A stretch of 63,675 nucleotides of DNA, filler included, from Octopus bimaculoides (taxonomy: Eukaryota), in the NCBI RefSeq assembly GCF_001194135.2. It is 6 parts of 5 records of this genome, joined end to end, with 100 filler letters (N's around TTAATTAATTAA, not from the genome) between each part and the next. Parts side by side here need not be neighbours in the genome. Positions count along the whole stretch, not along the records: positions 20,342 to 43,535 come from NC_068981.1; 5 more parts are not named here. One strand, written 5' to 3'. Shown piece by piece: positions 23,731 to 35,330 of this stretch. Under the pieces are notes generated by a model, which was given only the letters and a program-made list of their open reading frames with translations, searched no databases and had not been told where the DNA came from. The translations under genes and the position numbers were made by a program. Numbering within the stretch: the stretch's first letter is position 1; each line of letters opens with the position of its first letter.

Positions 23731-24254
23731 TCTTTTACTCTTTTACTTGTTTCAGTCATTTGACTGCGGCCATGCTGGAGCACCGCCATTAGTCGGAGAA
23801 AATCGACCCCAGGACTTATTCTTTGTAAGCCTAGTACTTATTCTATCGGTCTCTTTTTGCCGAACCGCTAAGTTACGGAGNNNNNNNNNNNNNNNNNNNN
23901 NNNNNNNNNNNNNNNNNNNNNNNNNNNNNNNNNNNNNNNNNNNNNNNNNNNNNNNNNNNNNNNNNNNNNNNNNNNNNNNNNNNNNNNNNNNNNNNNNNNN
24001 NNNNNNNNNNNNNNNNNNNNNGGGGGGGGGGGGGACGACAAACACAGACACGCAAACATATGCACACACATACATATATATACATATATACGACGGGCTT
24101 CTTTCAGTTTCCGTCTACCAAATCCACTCACAAGGCTTTGGTCGGCCCGAGGCTATAGTAGAAGACACTTGCCCAAGGTGCCACGCAGTGGGACTGAACC
24201 CAGAACCATGTGGTTGGTAAGCAAGCTACTTACCACACAGCCACTCCTGCGCCT
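23731..24254 (-). mobile_element. SINE family A, full length with internal gap
   Basis: Tail at 23731, head ggcgcaggagtggctgtgtgg ending ~24254. Confidence 0.93.
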
Positions 24255-25983
24255 ATATATACGTATATGTATATACTTTTAGAAAAAATTCTATATTTTT
24301 TAAAACAAAATAAGTGTGTCGATATTTTTTCTCTTTACCAATTTTGACATTCAATTTCATATAAGAGCGAAGAGCCAAAATAAGCACACAGTCAAGTAGA
24401 CTTAAGTCTGCTGATTGTGTATCTCCGCCTTTCTGTGTTGGTATCAAATAGCATTTTATTCTACATATCCCCGACTTAGCTTTTGCTTCTTTCGCTAGCT
24501 CTTTCCGCTCTTTATTTCTTTCTTTCATTCCTTCTTTATTTTCCTTATCTATCATTTTGTAACAGGAAATACAGTTTCGCTTCTTTGAACTGTACTTAAT
24601 AATAGCGTTTAAAATATGTCATATAAGCGTCATAAATAGGGTGGTTATACAAACAAATATATGAGTGTGTGTGTGTATGTGTGTGCGTATGTGTGTGCGT
24701 GTGCGTGTGCGTGCGCGTGCGCGCGTGCAAGTGTGTGTGTATGCGTGTATGTATGCGTGTGCGTGTGCGCGCGCGCAAGTAACTTTATTTAGAACGCTAT
24801 AAACATAACTTTCAATGACGCAGGAAGCCTTTAGACAATGTCATGGAAAGAGAGATGTTATTACAGTGTTATAAGTACATTTTCTCCCCCAGTTAATTAT
24901 ATTTCAATGTGTGCATCTCTTTCAAGTTATACCCAAAGTGAGAGCTGCTGCTTTTTAAAAGTCCTCAGTCAATGACCGAGTTTACGGTACATTTACCCCC
25001 ATCTCAACCATGAATGTACAGCAAGTTAATACTGTTGACATTACATAGCAGTGCCAAACAAAGTTCAATTAGAAATTTCATGAAGCTGTATGTGGGCCAT
25101 TAAGGGTCTGCTTCCATAAGAAAGATCGAATTTTCTACTCGAAAGCACATGATGAGACACGCGTGGACACCAGAATTATGTAAAAGTGCACCTCAACTAA
25201 TAAACGGCTTTAAATGAAACTGTCCTGTGTACCACTCTGAGTACAGTGAATGAAATGTCGCATAACCTGAATTGGTTTAAAGTGTATTCCAAAGTAGAAT
25301 CAAATAGTGTTATCTACTTCTACAAACGTTATCTACTTCTACAAGTGTTATCTACTTCTTTCCGTCTTTATTGCTTTAGAAATATTTCTTTGGTAATTTT
25401 TCTTGTTTTGCAGACAACTTCAAAAATTATATCAAGTTTTACTCTGACTCATTCTCTTTCTTCACTTAGCCACTCCCCGTTATCCTGTCCTATCGTGTTC
25501 TCAATGATACAATTGCAACCGGAATGATTCGTCACTATATAGAGATCAATTTCCACATAGTTCGTCTCGTCTCTTCAACCAACAATCTTCAATGGAACTT
25601 TGCCGAATATTTGCCAGAAAGTATTCACAATACCATCTACTGTTCTTAGGATTTTTTCAGTTGCTGTTACAGACTTCGTATTTTTTTCAATTTTGTTCCA
25701 ATTGCCTTCAAGTTTAGTTATGCCAATTTAGTTTTGTATGCTAATTATGAAAATGAAACATACTTTTGCCATTAATAAAAAGTTAATAACTTTTAAAGTT
25801 TTCGATTCTGGGTAATTTCAGCCAATCGAAAGTCACCATTATACACATGCCCGTTAATGTCAAATTAGTATCTACACTGAACCGCAAAAGAAATGCGATT
25901 TTTTCAAGTGTCATTTTTATATGGTAAATTCTGAAAATTTATTTCGGGGGTGTAAGTGTAAATATTCCAAGACATGCTGGTTT

Positions 25984-26005
25984 ATGGCTGAGGCCCAAAC
26001 TGCAG
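25984..26005 (+). CDS. Candidate first coding exon (MAEAQTA, phase 1) of an unidentified gene
   Basis: tttATGG start and CAG|gtaacc donor, in a CpG-containing region with an upstream agccaatcg CCAAT box. No homology evidence. Confidence 0.25.
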
Positions 26006-26309
26006 GTAACCTTTCAACTTTCCCTGAAACGAGACGCCAAAACGCAGCTGCGTTGAATGCCGTGGGTAGCAGTCGCAAACAATTGTCATGAAAACCGAAA
26101 TGCATGTGCATCTCGTGGAGGTTATGGATATAAAAATCAACTTGAACCGTGATCCTGGAATTTATAATTTCTCCGCTGTGTTAGGCGTTTTATATTGCAA
26201 GTTGCTGGTTATTGTTAATTTAATTGTTGCTGTTATTCCATTTGTTGTGTGTTTTTTAAAACATCTTGTTTCACTGCGTTTGGTAAACTTTTGAACTTTT
26301 TTCCCCCCT

Positions 26310-28455
26310 TATGTGAAGGAGGAAATTATCAGGTCGCTTGCCGGTATGGCAAGATGTCGCCTACTTGGCCAGGGGCAAGAGATATGCAACCATCGAAGTG
26401 AGGTTCAGAACCGAGGAAAAGGCCAAGCAACATTCCACAGCCTCCCTGAAATCTACAGAGGTGGTCCTTCTACCTACATATCTTGGAAGACGCACTTCCA
26501 TGATAAGAGTAAGAGAAATCCCTCCAAAGGTGGACGTTGCCTGGTTGGTGGCGGCACTTATGATGGGCCTGGAGGATAAAATTTCCATCCTCCAGGCAAC
26601 CAAAATAGAGGAGCAAAACTGGCTAGGACAAGGGCTTGAGATGTTGATACAAGCGGCCCCTGCTGACATAAAGCAAATTGTGGAGACTATACAGGTGGGG
26701 GAGGAAACCAAGCTTCGGGTGATGGTCGAAGGGAGGAGGCCCACATGTAGTCAAAAAAGGCCACATAAGAGCAGATGGCAAGCCTTCCACCTAGAAAGAT
26801 TCGGCTCCCCAACCTAGAAAGTTTCGGCTCCCCCGCCTCGTGGAAAAGATACTGCACCCTCAACAACAGCCGAGGCAGCCCTACATCAGAAGTGAAAGCA
26901 GAGACACTAGAGGTTGAAGCCAAGAAGGAAGATACTGTAGAGGACATGGAATGGACTACCCCTACCCNNNNNNNNNNNNNNNNNNNNNNNNNNNNNNNNN
27001 NNNNNNNNNNNNNNNNNNNNNNNNNNNNNNNNNNNNNNNNNNNNNNNNNNNNNNNNNNNNNNNNNNNNNNNNNNNNNNAAAAAAAAGGGAAAATTCCCAA
27101 CCCACCCCTACCAGCACCAGCACGTAAAAAAAACCTCTTGACTTGCACACAAGACACACACACATCCTCCTCCTTCCCCACAAAACCAGACAACAATATT
27201 ATGGCTGTGAATGCCGACAATAATAAACTTATACACAAACTACAGAAAATTCCCACGGCGGAATCATACAAAAATATTTACAAAACCCAGAAAATGTGAA
27301 AATATTCCATATAGACAGTTTAAATTACAGAATTCTTAAAAATGAATTCCCCAAAGACATAGGCCCTCTGAGGAAAGATTTTTCTCCTCAAATTTTTGAG
27401 GGCCTTATTAAGGAGAACCCACAAGCCCCGGAATGAAGGATAAGATGGGATTACCATCCCATCTAAACAAAATGTAAGTTCCTTTTATGTTTGCACTCCA
27501 CGTAGGTTGTATAAATATACGCGGCCTGGGGGAAGATTGGAAGCAAGGAGGCCTCCTTAATGACCTCAGGTCGCTTAGATTAGATGTGATAGTTACCACA
27601 GAAATCAGACTGAGTGGACTGCGGGGCTTTCCTCCTCTTAAACGGCTACGAGAAAATTATTCCTCCATACCAGCCTGGAGGTGGGGGAGGTGTCGCTGTT
27701 CTAGTCAGGAAGGATTTGAAACTACAGTTAAGAACAATCTTTGTCGACTCGGAGGGTAGACTGGTCGTCGTTAATGTGACACACGGCAGTGGTAAGACCT
27801 TCAGGTTGGTGGCTGTCTATACTCCTGTAGAACTGGACAGTCAAACTTTTTTCGAAGCCTAGAGAATTTTCTAGGAACGTCACATACTTTAGTGTTGTTA
27901 GGAGAGTTTAACACAATTTGCGATGCACGCGTAGATTGTGTTGGCTCGAATCCAGATAGGAGGGGTAACTCATGCCTCATCGATCTGCTCGGTCGTTTTC
28001 AGCTGGCAGATCGGTATTGACTAGAATTCCCAAACGCTCCATTGTGGACATGGTCTAATAGCGATGGGTCTTCGTGGTCTTGCTTAGATAGGATTATTGT
28101 TAGGCGCAAAGATAAAGACTTAGCTAAGTATCCACAATTTCACTACGTCAGCTAGTGATCACAAATTTGTGACCTGTAGACTTGACTTAGATAGAGTTTG
28201 TAGACAGGGTCCCGGCTAGTAGAAACTCAACAAGTCACTTTTGGACTGTGAGGAGTACAGGAGCCGGATTAGGCAATTAGTAATAAGGGCATTGACCGGA
28301 TCCATTATCAACAACAAATGATGGCATGCCCTTGAAAGTTTGAGTCTGTTAGGTTTAGCAAACAGCTTGCAAGTAAGAAGGCTAGAATAGAAAGGGACCT
28401 AGTTAAGGCTCTAGAAGAGGCATTGAGGACTGGAAATGCGACCCAAGTGCTTTTC
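26310..28455 (+). mobile_element. L1/Tx1-clade LINE: ORF1 + ORF2 endonuclease, 3'-truncated and decayed
   Basis: ORF1 26338-26817 ends with V.VEGRRPTC (degenerate zinc knuckle). ORF2 from 27487: LHVGCINIRGL...DVIVTTE...GGVAVLV...EGRLVVV...FRLVAVY...LGEFN...WTWSN..GSS.SCLDRI...DHKFV...WKLNKSLL (APE domain). Confidence 0.9.
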
Positions 28456-28802
28456 AAATGATGCTGTTTATAAAGACATGACCAGAATTTTTACACATAC
28501 AATTTCTTTAAGCTTAGGAAATTAACTGATATCACAATCATTATATTGAAGCCTATTATTAAGTCTCAAAATTCTAACATGACACATTAATGACATTCCA
28601 ATTTCGGCTTACTGTAGCAACTCCATATGACAGAGCATGAATAATGGAAAGAAACATCATCTTTCCAACTGACCTAAGCACCATTGATCACAAACTTTTC
28701 TCACCAACCCCTTTTTTAACCTTAGGCAACGTTTTTCGCAATGCGATTTGAATTTAGTGCTATCATCGAATCACTCGTCCGTTCTATAGCGCTACTTCTG
28801 TT

Positions 28803-29090
28803 TTGAAAGAAGTGGCCGAAATGAGGTTCCTCCGAAGGATCCATGGAATAACATTATTCGACAAGGTGCACAACTCAAAAATCAGGGAGTCTTTTCAGGT
28901 TGAGCCGCTACCTCTGTGCATTCAGAGGTTACAGCTTCGATGCTACGGACTTGTGATTAGAATGGCACAGGAAAGAATCGCACGACACGGATTCTTCTTC
29001 AAGCCGAGTCTACCGCCAGGAGACCTAGGAGTAGACCAAGAACAAGATTGTTGGATAATATCCATAATCTCAGCTGGTCACGCTTGGAAA
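28803..29090 (+). mobile_element. RTE-clade LINE ORF C-terminal fragment
   Basis: AEMRFLRRIHGITLFDKVHNSKIRE...QLRCYGLVIRM..ER...RRPRSRPRTR pattern. Confidence 0.85.
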
Positions 29091-30701
29091 CTCAGGGAAG
29101 CTAAATGTATAGCAGATTTTTAAAATTATAATTTAAAGGTTAAGAAAATCTATATTTATAATTGGGTGTCTTGAGAAATATGTTATTTATAATTTTGTTA
29201 TACATGAGTATGATTAATAAAACAAAATATGCAGTAGTTTTCTATATGCTTTCCCTCCTAATTTTCAACTTTAAAATGTTTGTTTAACTTTGCATACAAA
29301 ACATACCAGTAATTTTATTTTCTATTTAAGCTCTAGAAAGCCAGAAAAGCTTTTAAAAGACGAAGAGAGAGAGAGACACTTCTCTGCACTGTTGCTCAAC
29401 CTGCTAGAAATAGCAACCAAATTTTCCTCAAATTACTTCCTGTCGTCTTAGAAAAATCAAACGGGATATAACATCTTTGATGCCTATTCTTCTCAATCGG
29501 GCCCCACCTGGAGCTAAACAACAATTTAGATCTGAAGGTCATTCTTAACTGCAGCCACAAAGCAGTACAGTTGATAGGATTCAAACGAACAACCTTCCAT
29601 CTTATTATCCAGTACTCACACTTTTTTTGCTCTCTCCATCTCACACCTACACAAAAATTAAGAAGCCATCAATATCCACAACAATTCACTGCCTATTATA
29701 TCTGAGTTCGAGTTTTATCAAGAGCACCGTATTTTTGAATTTTATCCCTATGGATAAAATGCATATCAGCAATATAGTAAACGGAATTTCATTGATACAG
29801 TGACCTCCCCCACCTTAGAATTAGCGTTATTTCAAAAAGAAATCAGATATTCAAAAACAGAAATTAGTTTTTGTTGTTTAACCCCAAGCCAAACTTAATT
29901 TAATAAACCAATAAAGAGATTCCACCTACATTCATCGCACTTCTTTTTGAAACAATCGTGTCTTGGTGAAGATGGCGGAGGTGATTTAAGGAAAATTTGG
30001 GTACTTCTTCTTCCAAGTTGTGCAACAACGTAGACTATGTAGACTAGTTTTTGTTGTTGTTGCTGATGCTTCGGCACTCGTTGAACAGGACTATGAGTAA
30101 ATAGTTATTCCTTTTTTTTTTTTGTTTTTGTAGGGAGAGTACATTCCAGTCTACATTATCCAATGTATCCATTTTATTTAGACAAGCCAGTATGGTGTAC
30201 TGTCAGGTTAAGTGACCATGTACAGGTTTACTCGTAGATTTGAGTTAGCTGGTTATTTAATTGTTAGAAGGTAGTGAGAAACCCCAAGGAGAACTGAACT
30301 GCATATGATTTTCGGAAAAGAAGCTCCTCTCATGCATGTGTTTAGGTCCTTAACTGCTTGCATTCTAAGGAAGCCAAACCGCATCCAAGTCATGACTTCC
30401 GAGAGCTTTCTGCTGCCATGTTATGTGCTACTGTTTGTATTTTAACTTGCATTTTCCTGGAGGATCATGGTGCCCTAGAGTCAAGGTATCATAGATGTTG
30501 TAACATTTAAACATAGGATAAATCATACCTTCTGAAGTTCACGTTCATTCCTGTTTGACCAGATCCCGTTGGAACTTTTATCAGCTGCTTCTGCCATTGC
30601 GTTAGGAACTGTGACCTTTTTATCCCAGAAGTTGAGCGACGTTTCATAAGATCGTCAGCAAATTTGCCCTTAAGCACTTTACTCCTACCTCTATACGAGG
30701 T

Positions 30702-31256
30702 ATAAAAAGTGTAGCAAAACTATATAGAGTTATACTACCAGTGGCCAAGCATGTAAAAAAGTCAATAGACAACATATTCCATATAAAGTATAATCCACTT
30801 TTATTTTTATTTATATATATACTCAAGTATTTAATATTAGCATTTCAAAGTTCGTTTCGGCATTTTTTCATTTTCTGCCGACGGAAACTGCGTCTGTGCA
30901 GTGGATTATGGGAAAAGTAGAATGTATATTTGGGAAGACGTGCTTATGGCCTTATGTCTTGTAAATATACGTTAATTTCTTGACGGCTGGTTACTGAAGA
31001 CGATTTGCCTAGTAAATTACTTTATTTACTAAAAAATCAGAAACCTATAGGTCTAACCATTAGAAATAAGGTAAAAGTTTTTATTTTCTCTTCTCTTTGA
31101 AATGTTTTACTTTGTAGTTCTCGGTCGTTTATGACTGCCTTCTAGCATGTAGAAGTTACCTGTTATGGGTAATTTGTCTTATACTTTATATGGAATATGT
31201 TGTCTATTGACTTTTTTTTACATGCTAAGCCACTGGTATATAGTTTTGCTACCCTT

Positions 31257-31261
<5 letters not shown>
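30702..31261. mobile_element. MITE/foldback element with ~85-90-bp TIRs
   Basis: 30702-30793 is the reverse complement of 31179-31261 (ataaaaag.gtagcaaaactata...taccagtggc..agcatgtaaaaaa.gtcaatagacaacatattccatataaagtataa). The ORF track shows the same peptide MLSIDFF on opposite strands. Confidence 0.85.
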
Positions 31262-31307
<46 letters not shown>

Positions 31308-31308
<1 letters not shown>

Positions 31309-31512
31309 ATAGCCTCAACCGACTAAAAACTTGTGAGTGGATTTGGTTGACGGAAACTGAAAGAAGCCCGTCGTATATAGGTGTATATCTGTGTGCGTGT
31401 GTGTGTTTATACCCCCACCATTGCCTGACAACCGATGGGGTCGGTTTGTTCGACTAAAGGCGGTGTTCCGGCATGGCCACAGTCAAATGACTGAAAGAAG
31501 TAAAAGAATAAA
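31308..31512 (+). mobile_element. SINE family A, 5'-truncated and internally deleted
   Basis: cttgtgagtggatttggttgacggaaactgaaagaagcccgtcg...ttcgactaaaggcggtg...gtaaaagaataaaa. Confidence 0.85.
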
Positions 31513-31833
31513 AACAACTATGCCATTTTAATCCCGAACAACGCCGGGTATCTCTGCTAGTCTTAAAATAAAAGGAGTGCGAGTAATAATAACATAATAT
31601 TGTTTATTTTGTGTTTAGACAATAGAATAAGCATACATAAGAATATTGGAAAGAAAAGGAAGACACCGATGCTAGTGAAAAGACGTTCGTAAACAGAGAA
31701 AGTATGTGGGGGGATGTGAGGGTGTATGTTTGCATGTTTGTATATATGTATGCCTGCATACTCGTGTATGTATGTGTATATCTGTGTTTTGTGTGTGCGC
31801 GCGCGCGTATACACACCGACATATGCGCGTGTG

Positions 31834-31911
<78 letters not shown>

Positions 31912-32136
31912 TATATATACATATATATAATATAAATAATAAATGAGTATATGCATATATACGTACATGTATGTACATACCTACATCTACCTGTATATAT
32001 AGATGCGTATCTGGATACAGGACATTGAAAACAAAACGTAGACAAAATGATAAACAGAGTACAGAAAACACACAGACCACATAGAGAACATTTCCTTCAT
32101 CAGCTGCCATCATTCTAACACTGGCATATATATATA

Positions 32137-32457
32137 GTGAAGGTGCATGGCTTAGTGGTTAGAGCATTCGGCTCACGATCCTAAGGTCTTGAGTTCCCAG
32201 CGATGCGTTGTGTCCTTGAGCAAGACACTTTATTTCCCGTTGCTCCAGTCCACTCAGCTGGCAAAAATAAGTAGTGCCTGTATTTCAAAGGGCCAGCCTT
32301 GTCACATTCTGTGTCACGCTGAATCTCCCTGAGAATCACATTAAGGGTACATGTGTCTGTGGAGTGCTCAGCCAGTTGCACGTTAATTTCACGAGCAAGC
32401 TGTTCCGTTGATCGTATCAGCTGGGACCCTCGTCGTCGAAACCGACGGAGTGGTCCC
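32137..32457 (+). mobile_element. Mosaic SINE: head/body of the 1626 type + tail of family B
   Basis: Head gaaggtgcatggcttagtggttagag, body caagacactttatttc..gttgctccagtccactcag, tail gtgcctgta.ttcaaagggccagccttgtcac...gacggagtg. Confidence 0.9.
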
Positions 32458-32481
32458 TTTTTTTTAATAATGTATGTATAT

Positions 32482-32512
<31 letters not shown>

Positions 32513-33627
32513 NNNNNNNNNNNNNNNNNNNNNNNNNNNNNNNNNNNNNNNNNNNNNNNNNNNNNNNNNNNNNNNNNNNNNNNNNNNNNNNNNNNNNNNN
32601 NNNNNNNNNNNNNNNNNNNNNNNNNNNNNNNNNNNNNNNNNNNNNNNNNNNNNNNNNNNNNNNNNNNNNNNNNNNNNNNNNNNNNNNNNNNNNNNNNNNN
32701 NNNNNNNNNNNNNNNNNNNNNNNNNNNNNNNNNNNNNNNNNNNNNNNNNNNNNNNNNNNNNNNNNNNNNNNNNNNNNNNNNNNNNNNNNNNNNNNNNNNN
32801 NNNNNNNNNNNNNNNNNNNNNNNNNNNNNNNNNNNNGTGAGAGGTGAAGAGAAAATGATTTGTTTATTCTATATCTATATTTTGTATATATGAAGATGAG
32901 AAATAATACACATGCAAAAGTGAAAAAAAAAACGTGCTGTATAAATACTTACGAAATGGCGGAAAGAGTAGAAAGAGAAAAATAAAGGAGAATGAATGAA
33001 GAGAAGATTGAAAAGATATGAACGGTGGGAAGTTAGAAAATGACAACAGCTTTATTTTATTTGTGTGTTTATGACTACTGATACTGTTGTTGTTGTTGTT
33101 GTTGTTGTTGTTGCTGTTACTGCTGTTGTTGCAAGGGAGTCGTCACATTCTTGGGAAATGATACAAGTAAGTGGAACAATGCAGAGAAGTTGTGGGGTAT
33201 TTAAGGGTTTTTGAAATCTGTGTTGTTTGTGCGTGACAGTGAAGATCCTTGATGTGTGTAGAAACTGTTTTAGTTTTGTATAAATGAATTGGTTATTACG
33301 ACTTAGGTTAGATGGAGTTTTTGGAGTCTGTTCATCAAATCAGTAGAAGATCGTTTGAGAATAAAGAGAATAATGCCTGTGTGTGAGAGATTAAGAATGA
33401 ATAATGGTATCAATAAATGAATAATAGTATCATCTACGCAGAAGAATGTCTAGCTAGAAACAACAGAGGAAAATCATTAATGTGCAGAAAAGGGAATGTT
33501 GGAAGGCTGAACACTGATGTACATCACAGTAGATAGAATATGGAAGAAAGCTCTGTCAACACCGGCTGCGATGAAGCGGCCTGATCCAAGAGAGGAGAGA
33601 GATAGACATTGCTGTGTAGACCTAAAT

Positions 33628-33785
33628 TAGCCCTGAATGAGCAGACTTTTTATCAAAAGCATTCAAGTCATGACCATCCCGTCTATTTTCTATATACAGT
33701 AAGCACAGAATAATATTATCTAAGTCGATAGTCTGTTTCGAGAGAGATTTGGCTACTATTGTTTCAACCAGGTTGAGCGACGTAG
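33628..33785 (-). repeat. Dispersed repeat family D (cctgctagaaatagcagccaaa type)
   Basis: Related copies at ~18630, ~23130, ~29388, 40125-40300, ~47660 and 61040-61210 share agccctga.tga...gac.t..gat.aaa.g.att.cag...tg.ccat and aacctgctagaaatagc motifs. Confidence 0.65.
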
Positions 33786-34424
33786 AAGTTCTTTCGTTGA
33801 CTTGATGAGATACGAACGGAACCAATAACCAGAAAGCTTTATCAATGATTCATGTGTCACCAGTGCTTCTTAAGGAAGGGTTATACTGCGAAGTTAAGCA
33901 TATTGTGACTTGTGGTAAATAAATAAATGTAGGGACCCCAGTGCATTGATTTGCCCGGGTCCTGTAATACTGATAAGACAGGCCTGCGTGTTACGAGCGC
34001 CTACAAGTAGTTGACATAAAAAATCAGAACAGGTTTTATGAAAACAAGGTTCATCGTCACTGGTCAGGGAAAATGCAATTCAAGGTGTTTATAACTGTTC
34101 CATCATTTTTTGTGTATTGTTATTATTGTCATTAAACCCTACGTCAGCCTTGATGCATAAGTTACATCGTAGAGACAACGCTGGGTGGCAAAAACATGCG
34201 CCTTTTTAACCATCTTAACTGAAAATCTATTGATTATCTATCTGGACGAATCTGTGCGTTGTCCAGTATAAGCAGAAAGTTTGAGGGCACCTTCCTTGTA
34301 TTTAAACACTACTGGAATGAAATGTAAAACAAAAAGCATCCATTATTAAATGAATGAATGTATGAATAAATAAGAAAAGATGATTAAAAATGTGTACTTA
34401 GAATGGTAATAAAGGTTACAAATT

Positions 34425-34630
34425 TTGGCACAAGGCTAGCAAGTGCAAGAAGTGGGGTAAGTAATTTTATATCGACCCTAATGCTCAACCGGTACTTATT
34501 TTATCTACCCCCAAAAGGATGAAAGGCAAAGTCGACCTTGGCGGAATTTGGACTCAGAATGTAAAGACGGACGAAATACCGCTAAGTATTTTGCTCAGCG
34601 TGCTAACAATTCTGACAACTCGACGCCTTA
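34425..34630 (-). mobile_element. SINE family C
   Basis: Reverse complement of the 36963 copy. Confidence 0.88.
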
Positions 34631-35079
34631 ATTTAGAATGGTAATAATGAACAGTTAGATAGATATTGCATTATGTCTTTAAAACTTCGCCGACATGCTA
34701 ATTCTCCACCATTACTATTAACTCTAAAAAGTGCGTTGTGTCTACATTCGCGCACCAAAACACCGAGAAACGATTCTTACTTAAATTACATCAAGATTAG
34801 TGACCGCCAATACAACCCAGTTTCATCCCCATTATACACTGGGAAAAAATTTCGAGGCCTTCACTCATAATTAACTCATTCAATCTCTTCTTGATTGGTT
34901 CGAGATCCTTGGGTAGAACTCAAACTGTTTCACCATAAATAATTTTATTACCCATCCATCGCAAATTCTAATTTGCCAGAACCAGCCGTCACTAGCTTTG
35001 AAATTACAGATGTCCTATGCCTAGCTAGTGTGACAACAGTTTCCCCACATCAGGTATTATTATTATTACAGGATCATTG

Positions 35080-35330
35080 ATGAATCAACCACTTTGTCAC
35101 TGTTTCCTGAAGATCTATAGCTTTTGCAGCACGCATACCCTTCTCTGCAGCGACAGATGGATTTTCATCAACATTATATCTTTTTTAAAATGCAGTTTTT
35201 CCTTTTCAATACCATACTCTTCACAAACTTTTGCATCCTAAGTACAAGCCTCTTTCCAATAAGTTTCTGGTTCATAGATAGGGTCATATACTACTTCATT
35301 AGATTATTACTCTCCGTTGAAACCATGATG
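35080..35330 (-). pseudogene. Decayed coding-like segment of unknown affinity
   Basis: SNEVVYDPIYEPETYWKEACT*DAKVCEEYGIEKEKLHFKK/RYNVDENPSVAAEKGMRAAKAIDLQETVTKWL has protein-like composition with one stop and one frameshift. Family not recognised. Confidence 0.4.

Noticed and set aside
24022-24034. Poly-G run
   Set aside because: It sits at a gap edge where the SINE consensus has a short G run; likely a sequencing artefact.
29978-30010. AAGATGGCGG (YY1/Kozak-like) as a gene start
   Set aside because: The ATG frame stops after five codons and there is no other promoter support.
33131-33175. Small exon-like GVVTFLGNDT|gtaagt
   Set aside because: Weak acceptor, and phase-incompatible with the 25984 candidate exon.
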